A stretch of 25,479 nucleotides of DNA from a virus (taxonomy: Duplodnaviria > Caudoviricetes), in the IMG/VR virus record IMGVR_UViG_3300032321_001791, positions 1-25,479 of that record, one strand, 5' to 3'. The notes beneath the pieces are model-generated. The model saw only the letters and a list, made by a program, of their open reading frames with translations, was not told the DNA's origin and searched no databases. Below, piece by piece: positions 19,234-25,479 of this stretch. Numbering within the stretch: position 1 is the stretch's first letter; the number at the start of each line of letters is the position of its first letter. Position numbers and translations under genes: made by a program.

Positions 19234-20718
19234 ATGATTTATTCTTTACAAGTAGAAAGACATGTTTTAAGCGGCTTATTGAAGCACCAAGACTTATTTG
19301 CAGATATAGACATTTTTTTATCAGAAAATGATTTCTATAATGACGTACATTCTACAATTTATACAGTAATTAAAAATATAAAGCATAAAGGCGAAAGCGT
19401 TGATAAAGTTCTTTTAGCCGAAAAGATTAAAAATCTTGGAATATCTTTTAAAGATGAAGTTAATATTTTTGACTATATAGACAATTTAAGTTTTTCTCAA
19501 ATAACAGAAAATGCAACAATAGACGCATGTAAGGAGCTAGTCAAATTAAGAGTTCGTAGAGAAATATCTCAAACAGCAGATAAACTAAAAGAATACGTTA
19601 ATAAAAATTGCGAAGATTCTTTAGATGAAATTATTGGAAAAATAGACGGTATTTACAATAAAAAAATATCTTCTTATTCAGAAAATGATGTACCAATTAA
19701 TATTTTTGAAGGAGTAGAAGACTTAATTGAAGAAATAGGAAACAGCCCTAAAGATGAAACAGGACTCATTACTCCTTATTCTGAATTTAACAGAATGTAT
19801 GGTGGGTTAAAGAATGGCAATATCTATGCGATTGCAAGTAGGCCAGGTCAGGGGAAATCAACTTGGTTAAATGATATTTGTTTTAAGACTTCAATTAATC
19901 CTAAGAATAAAACTAAAACTCTAATTCTTGATACAGAAATGCAAACAGTTGATATTCAATTAAGAATGGTGGCGTCATTAAGTGGAGTTCCAGTATGGTA
20001 TTTAGAAACTGGAAACTGGAGGAAGAACGAAGAAATGACGAAAAAAGTCAGAATGGCATGGAGCAAAGTTAAAAACTATGAATACTTTCATTACCATGTC
20101 GGAAATAAAAACATAGATCAAATTTGTTCAATGATTCGCAGATGGTATCTTTCAAAGGTAGGAAGAGGAAATCAAGCGATGATTGCATATGATTATATCA
20201 AATTAACTGGAGAAAAAGTAGGACAGAATTGGGCAGAGCATCAAGCTATTGGCGACAAGATCGATAAGTTAAAAAGAATTTCAGAAGAAATTCATTGCCC
20301 GATTATTACCGCTATGCAGTTAAATCGTACTGGAGAAAGTTTTAATAGAAAAGCTAGCGAAGTAGTTGATGATAGTTCAGTTATATCTCTTTCAGATAGA
20401 CTTCAATGGTTCGCTTCGTTCGTGGCTATCTTTAGAAGAAAGACTCTTGATGAGGTAACCCTTGACGGTCAAGCATTCGGAACTCATAAATTAATTCCCA
20501 CAAAAACAAGATTTCAAGGTAAAGATGCAGCTGGTCATCAAGATCTAGTCAGAAGATTAAATGAAACTGGCAAAGAGGTGTGGGCACAAAATTATTTAAA
20601 TTATCAAGTAGAAAATTTTAACATTGAAGAAAGAGGATCGCTAGTAGATGTAGCTACGCACCAAAGAGAGCAGTATGAATTAAATGATGCAAACGCAAAT
20701 GACGGAGAGTTATTATGA
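19234..20718 (+). CDS. dnaB: DnaB-like replicative helicase
   Basis: N-terminal ERHVLSGLL..DFY..H..I, Walker A SRPGQGKST, DTEM, DYIKL and QLNR motifs. Confidence 0.93.
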   Translation: MIYSLQVERHVLSGLLKHQDLFADIDIFLSENDFYNDVHSTIYTVIKNIKHKGESVDKVLLAEKIKNLGISFKDEVNIFDYIDNLSFSQITENATIDACKELVKLRVRREISQTADKLKEYVNKNCEDSLDEIIGKIDGIYNKKISSYSENDVPINIFEGVEDLIEEIGNSPKDETGLITPYSEFNRMYGGLKNGNIYAIASRPGQGKSTWLNDICFKTSINPKNKTKTLILDTEMQTVDIQLRMVASLSGVPVWYLETGNWRKNEEMTKKVRMAWSKVKNYEYFHYHVGNKNIDQICSMIRRWYLSKVGRGNQAMIAYDYIKLTGEKVGQNWAEHQAIGDKIDKLKRISEEIHCPIITAMQLNRTGESFNRKASEVVDDSSVISLSDRLQWFASFVAIFRRKTLDEVTLDGQAFGTHKLIPTKTRFQGKDAAGHQDLVRRLNETGKEVWAQNYLNYQVENFNIEERGSLVDVATHQREQYELNDANANDGELL

Positions 20719-21371
20719 ATGTAGATTTAATATCAATAACAGCCCCTAAAATAAATGGGATAGAAAAACCCGAGGATTTAATTGCATATTGTGCAAGAGT
20801 TAGTAATCCATCAAATCAGATGAATGCTGAAACGGCCCCAAAATTATTAAAATTTTTAATTCAAAACAAACATTGGTCTCCATTGGAAATGGTGGATATG
20901 ACTTTAGAAATTAAAACTAGCAGAGCTATTGCAGCGCAAATCTTAAGGCATAGATCTTTCTCTTTCCAAGAGTTTAGTCAAAGATACAGTTTAGCCAATG
21001 AACACGAAGATATTGAATTAAGAGTTCAAGGCACAAAAAATAGACAAGTTGGAGAAAATTTATTTCCAATGAATAATCCAGCATATGAAAAAATAGAAGG
21101 ATTAATCGCAGAAACCTTATCGCTATCACAGCATTGTTATGATACAATGATAGAAAATGGAGTAGCGAAAGAAGTAGCCAGAATGATTTTACCACTTACG
21201 ACTCAAACAACTATGTACATGAAAGGTTCATTAAGAAGCTGGATTCATTACATAGAATTAAGAACAGAACAAAATACTCAAAAAGAACATAGAATGATTG
21301 CGGAGAAATGTAAGAAAATTTTTAATAAAAACTTTCCAAGTATAAGCGAGGCATTAGAATGGAGGAAGTAA
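20715..21371 (+). CDS. thyX: FAD-dependent thymidylate synthase
   Basis: HWSPLE, QILRHRSFSFQEFSQRY (RHRx7S) and EVARMILP motifs. Confidence 0.95.
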   Translation: MNVDLISITAPKINGIEKPEDLIAYCARVSNPSNQMNAETAPKLLKFLIQNKHWSPLEMVDMTLEIKTSRAIAAQILRHRSFSFQEFSQRYSLANEHEDIELRVQGTKNRQVGENLFPMNNPAYEKIEGLIAETLSLSQHCYDTMIENGVAKEVARMILPLTTQTTMYMKGSLRSWIHYIELRTEQNTQKEHRMIAEKCKKIFNKNFPSISEALEWRK

Positions 21372-22261
21372 ATATTTATCAAATTTTAACTGATCTTGGT
21401 TATCAATTAAAAGATTATGGCAAAGAATTTAGAGCAAAACCACTATATAGAGATAGCGACAATGATACAGTTTTAAGGATTTATAAAGATACTGGAAAAT
21501 GGTTTGATTTTAGTCAAAACATAAGTGGAGATATTAATTCTTTAATCAATTTAACTCTAAAGCTCGAAGACCCAATAAAAGCACAAGAATGGCTTAAGAA
21601 TAAAAACTTTAAACCAAATGTTGAAATTGCCACTAGAAAACCATTGATAAAATCAACAAAAAAGTTCGATATAGAAATTTTAGCTAAATTAGAAGGAGTT
21701 CATAAATATTGGGTAGATAGAGGCGTAAACCAAGACACTATCTTAGAGTTTAAGGGTGGATTAGCTAATATGGGTAAGATGAAAAATAGATATGTTTTCC
21801 CTATATTTGATATTAAGAATAATCTAATAGGATTTTCTGGAAGAGATATTACAAATAAATCAAACATTAAGTGGAAGCATTTAGGGGAGAAGAACGATTT
21901 TCTATATCCATTATTTTTAAATGATAATTATATACAAAATAAAAAAGAAGTTATCCTTGTAGAAAGTATAGGGGACATGCTGAATCTTTGGCAGAATGGA
22001 GTAAAGAATGTATTAGTAACTTTTGGAACAAATTTAAGTTTATCCATATTAAACTATTGCCTTAAAATAGACGTACAGAAGATCTATATTAGCCTAAATG
22101 ATGATTCTCATAAAAATAAAGCTGGAAACATTGGAGCAGAAAAAATTAAATCTAGACTTAAAAGATATTTTGATGAAAAACAGTTAACCATAAAATTGCC
22201 ATTTAAAAAAGATTTTGGAGAAATGTCGTCTGAACAAATTCAAGAATGGATTAATTCATGA
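21359..22261 (+). CDS. dnaG: DnaG-type primase with a degenerate zinc-binding domain
   Basis: NRYVFPI..IGFSGR, KWKH, TOPRIM VILVESIGD and LNDD..AG, and KDFGEM. Confidence 0.85.
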   Translation: MEEVNIYQILTDLGYQLKDYGKEFRAKPLYRDSDNDTVLRIYKDTGKWFDFSQNISGDINSLINLTLKLEDPIKAQEWLKNKNFKPNVEIATRKPLIKSTKKFDIEILAKLEGVHKYWVDRGVNQDTILEFKGGLANMGKMKNRYVFPIFDIKNNLIGFSGRDITNKSNIKWKHLGEKNDFLYPLFLNDNYIQNKKEVILVESIGDMLNLWQNGVKNVLVTFGTNLSLSILNYCLKIDVQKIYISLNDDSHKNKAGNIGAEKIKSRLKRYFDEKQLTIKLPFKKDFGEMSSEQIQEWINS

Positions 22262-23274
22262 ACATTTATCAAGCCCAACCCAATAGAGCGTTCCCATCAG
22301 TCTTAGGTTTTGTTAACTCAAATCGAGAAACAATAGGTTATGAATTTTCTACGCAATTCGCATTTAATAATGAAGAAGATCATAATTATTTATCTTCAAA
22401 TAATTATATACAATACAAACCATTAGAATCTCCACCAAGAAAATTAAATGAAGATTCAGTTAATCCGATTCTAGTTAGATTAAAGAATGAAAACCAACTT
22501 AATAATTTAACTTTAAATGAAGATATAGATTATCTCCATGGTCTTTATGAAACTAAATACTTCAAAAAAGATGATAAAGATTTTTCTTTTACAATCATTG
22601 ATCATCCAGTTAATCAAATTATTAATATATTCACTTATGTTAAATATCAAATCAATTCACAAGAAGAATTAGATGCCTATGCTTATTTATTAAATAAATC
22701 TGATGACGAGCTGATTGAAGAAATGAAAAAGTATAATTTAGATTTGAACACCTTTGAGTTTCCTGGATTAGATCCAGATGCATTTAATTTTAAATATACA
22801 AAAAACTTTTTTCTAAAATATCATTCTTTAAAAAATAAAAACGAAGAAGAGACGGTTCAAGCTTTTAAAGATTTCTATGGTAAGTATTATATATACATGT
22901 TAATAAATTCTAGCTGCATGAAAAACATTAACTCAAAAGAAGAATGGGTGGATTATTTTTTGTCGAACCCAACATTAAAAGATCTTATATCTTATAAAAA
23001 TATGAAATTCACCTACCCAAGTACTTTTATACATGCTAAAGATTTAGATAAAAATCATAATTTTTACGGAATAATGGATACCAGAAAAAATTTGATTAAA
23101 TCACTTCATTGCATATCCAATTTATCAAACAATATGTTTTTTGCACTAAACCCTCAATTTCCCATAAAATCTCCAATGGATGATTTTGATTATAGAAAAA
23201 AAGAAATAACCGACATACTAGCTGAAGATATAGAATTTTTCGAAGAGAAAAAGAAAATTTTAAATGACTCCTAA
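22258..23274 (+). CDS. Hypothetical protein, degenerate sulfotransferase (family 2)-like fold
   Basis: YLHGLY...FTIIDHPVNQIINIFTY, FYGIMD..LIKSL and EDIEFFE follow the order of sulfotransferase motifs, but the PAPS-binding residues are replaced. Confidence 0.45.
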   Translation: MNIYQAQPNRAFPSVLGFVNSNRETIGYEFSTQFAFNNEEDHNYLSSNNYIQYKPLESPPRKLNEDSVNPILVRLKNENQLNNLTLNEDIDYLHGLYETKYFKKDDKDFSFTIIDHPVNQIINIFTYVKYQINSQEELDAYAYLLNKSDDELIEEMKKYNLDLNTFEFPGLDPDAFNFKYTKNFFLKYHSLKNKNEEETVQAFKDFYGKYYIYMLINSSCMKNINSKEEWVDYFLSNPTLKDLISYKNMKFTYPSTFIHAKDLDKNHNFYGIMDTRKNLIKSLHCISNLSNNMFFALNPQFPIKSPMDDFDYRKKEITDILAEDIEFFEEKKKILNDS

Positions 23275-24223
23275 GAAAATATTATCGGCATCTAGAATAA
23301 AGACCCTTGAAACATGCTCTTGGGTTTACTGGAATAACTACCATACGAAAGTGCCGCAAAGTCAAAACGATGGAGCATTAAGAGGAACGATATGTCATAC
23401 AATTTTTGAATTACTTTTAAATGAAAAACATAGGCATCATTATAATAAAATAATAAAGAAAAATTCAATAAAAGGCAGCGAAGCGGTTACTAGATTAGTT
23501 AAAAAATCAAAAACTAAAGTTGGGCTAGATGAGTCAAATTTTGAAATTTTAGATCAAATGATTATGGTTGGATTAAAACATGATTTTTTTGGTGAAAAAG
23601 ATGGTGAAATAGTTTCACCAGAATATTCATTCGAAATCCAAAGTGATTCACCAAAATACCATATTAAGGGTTTTATAGACAAACCCATTAAATCAAAGAA
23701 TAAAATGATTATAATTGACTATAAAAGCTCTAAAGCTAAGTTTAGGGGAGATGACCTTGAAGCCAATATTCAAGCCATGATGTATAGTTTAGCTAGTAAA
23801 AAACTATGGCCTAAATTAAAACCTATAGTTAGATTTTTATTTTTAAGATTTCCAAAGCAACCAATCCAAGAACTTGAATTTTCAGACGAACAAATTAAGG
23901 GGTTTGAGCATTATCTTGAGCACATTAATGATTATATTAATAAATTTGATGAAAATTCTGCTCAAAGTAATTTTGCAATTGATAACAATAAAAGTAAATG
24001 GATGTGCGGAGTGGGTAATTGGAGATGTCCTTATAGGGATAAATATGATTATTATGTAAAAATAGATGAAAATGGAGCAGTCCTAGAAACAAGTTTGGAT
24101 GGTAAATTCAAAAATATAGATAATTGTAAGATAGAAAAAAGAGAATATTCGGGATGCCCCAAATTTAATAATATTAAAAATGATGATTTTCTAGATAAAG
24201 CTAAAGATGAATTTTTAGATTGA
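23264..24223 (+). CDS. RecB/Cas4-like PD-(D/E)XK exonuclease
   Basis: LSASRIKTLETC, GTICHTIFE, KGFID, IIDYKS, QAMMY and C-terminal Cys residues. Confidence 0.85.
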   Translation: MTPKKILSASRIKTLETCSWVYWNNYHTKVPQSQNDGALRGTICHTIFELLLNEKHRHHYNKIIKKNSIKGSEAVTRLVKKSKTKVGLDESNFEILDQMIMVGLKHDFFGEKDGEIVSPEYSFEIQSDSPKYHIKGFIDKPIKSKNKMIIIDYKSSKAKFRGDDLEANIQAMMYSLASKKLWPKLKPIVRFLFLRFPKQPIQELEFSDEQIKGFEHYLEHINDYINKFDENSAQSNFAIDNNKSKWMCGVGNWRCPYRDKYDYYVKIDENGAVLETSLDGKFKNIDNCKIEKREYSGCPKFNNIKNDDFLDKAKDEFLD

Positions 24224-24248
24224 TTTTTATAAAAATTTAAAGTATACT
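24220..24248 (+). promoter_or_regulatory. Sigma70-like promoter upstream of the PHP-domain gene
   Basis: TTGATT-N17-TATACT, 8 nt before the ATG at 24257. Confidence 0.6.
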
Positions 24249-24256
24249 TCATTAAA

Positions 24257-25003
24257 ATGATACCTTTGTTCAAGTCACACTATTCTTTAGGAAGGTCAAT
24301 ATTGACTTTGGAAGATAAGTCCAAAACGGATAGTTATCCAGATTCTATTATTCAAATAGCAAAAGAAAACGATTTTAGTGAAATCTTTCTTCTAGAAGAT
24401 AATATGTCGTCTTTTCTTGAAGCTTATTTTAATACTAAAAATAATAATATAAAATTAAATTATGGATTAAGAATATCTGTAACAGAATCTATCAAAGAAA
24501 AAACAGAAGAGTCTAGACAAAAGAATTCAAAAATCTGTATATTCTGTAAAAATAAAGATGGTTACGAATCCTTAACTAAAATGTATAGTATTGCATCAAA
24601 AGACGGTTTTTATTATGAACCAAGATTAGATTATGAGATTTTACAAAAAAACTGGAGCGATAATTTAATATTATCAATACCCTTTTATGATTCTTTCATA
24701 TTTAATAACTCTTTAAGAAATTCAATTTGTGTGCCTCAATTCAATTTTGTAAAACCAAATGTCTTTATTGAAGATAACGGTATTCCATTTGACGACATAA
24801 TTAAAGAAAAAGCTTACTTTTTTGCGAAAGAAAACGATTTAGATATCTATAAAACTAAAAGTATTTACTATAAAAATAAAAAAGATTTTAAGACTTATTT
24901 GACTTTTAGATGCATTAACAATAGAAGCGTTTTAAATAAACCAGAAATAGAACATATGAGTAGCAATGAATTTTCATTTGAAAGTTGGAAAAGTAAAAAA
25001 TGA
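24257..25003 (+). CDS. Stand-alone PHP domain related to the N-terminus of DNA polymerase III alpha (DnaE)
   Basis: SHYSL..SI, AKE, LLEDN, IKLNYG, KNKDGYESL, FYYEPRLD and IYY motifs align with the DnaE PHP domain; the ORF stops at 248 aa. Confidence 0.8.
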   Translation: MIPLFKSHYSLGRSILTLEDKSKTDSYPDSIIQIAKENDFSEIFLLEDNMSSFLEAYFNTKNNNIKLNYGLRISVTESIKEKTEESRQKNSKICIFCKNKDGYESLTKMYSIASKDGFYYEPRLDYEILQKNWSDNLILSIPFYDSFIFNNSLRNSICVPQFNFVKPNVFIEDNGIPFDDIIKEKAYFFAKENDLDIYKTKSIYYKNKKDFKTYLTFRCINNRSVLNKPEIEHMSSNEFSFESWKSKK

Positions 25004-25479
25004 AGACATTAGAAATGCCGAAAAAGATTAACGCGTATGGTTCTAAATGCCGTCAAATTGAAGGCAATGAAGAAAGAACCAGAGATTATAAAGATATGCT
25101 TTATTTATACGAAAAACTTTGGGCACAAGATGCAGATTTAATAAATTTTCATTATTTAGGATCTCAAAGAGTTCTTGATTCAATTTTAGAATTAACAAGA
25201 ATAGATAGCGAAAATTTGCCTAAAGATTTATATTTTGATAAAATATTACATAGATTCAAAGAGAGAGATTCACAAAGAGCGAATATTGTAGATATAGGAA
25301 ATAGACTTAATACTACAGTTTATATAGTTGCTTTTTTAAAAAACTTGCAAAAGTATAAAATATATAATCTCACAAAAGATGATGGAGTTTGGATAGAAAT
25401 GAATCAGGCAGAACATATAGCATGGCATCATCAAATGAGAGGCTATAGTTTTGATGAATTTTTAGATTTTAAACCCTAC
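25000..25479 (+). CDS. Hypothetical protein, 3'-truncated by the window edge
   Basis: ATGA overlap at 25000; the frame is open to the end (MKTLEMPKKINAYG...). Absent from the ORF track because it has no stop in the window. Confidence 0.7.
   Translation, partial: MKTLEMPKKINAYGSKCRQIEGNEERTRDYKDMLYLYEKLWAQDADLINFHYLGSQRVLDSILELTRIDSENLPKDLYFDKILHRFKERDSQRANIVDIGNRLNTTVYIVAFLKNLQKYKIYNLTKDDGVWIEMNQAEHIAWHHQMRGYSFDEFLDFKPY

Noticed and set aside
17356-21371. Inteins or introns in recA, dnaB or thyX
   Set aside because: Lengths are typical and conserved motifs are contiguous.

Overview
AT-rich, densely packed window with every credible gene on the + strand. It is best read as part of a large tailed-phage (jumbo/megaphage-like) genome, which is an inference from gene content; the host cannot be determined. 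There are three blocks. (1) 1-4100: a 647-aa probable virion protein, an unannotated 34-aa Pro-rich ORF, and three tandem paralogues with a shared layout (acidic N-terminus, one hydrophobic segment, Pro/Thr/Ser-rich linker, conserved 63-aa C-terminal domain starting CWVAREVYG). The large gene and the paralogues are preceded by a (A)GTGTAA-type motif. (2) 4145-17047: a translationally coupled 15-gene glycosylation cluster with about 9 glycosyltransferase-like genes, a polysaccharide deacetylase, a GNAT, a UDP-glucuronate decarboxylase-like SDR, a SAM methyltransferase, a DegT aminotransferase and gmd. (3) 17022-25479: a replication/recombination block with RecA/UvsX, a DUF559-like endonuclease, DnaB, ThyX, a DnaG lacking zinc-finger cysteines, a degenerate sulfotransferase-fold protein, a Cas4/RecB-like nuclease and a stand-alone DnaE-type PHP domain. 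The most interesting candidate system is the CWVAREVYG triad plus the Ser/Thr-Gly-rich virion protein lying directly against a large phage-encoded glycan-building operon, which may be a virion/membrane protein glycosylation system. All calls come from motif recognition by eye; no searches were run.
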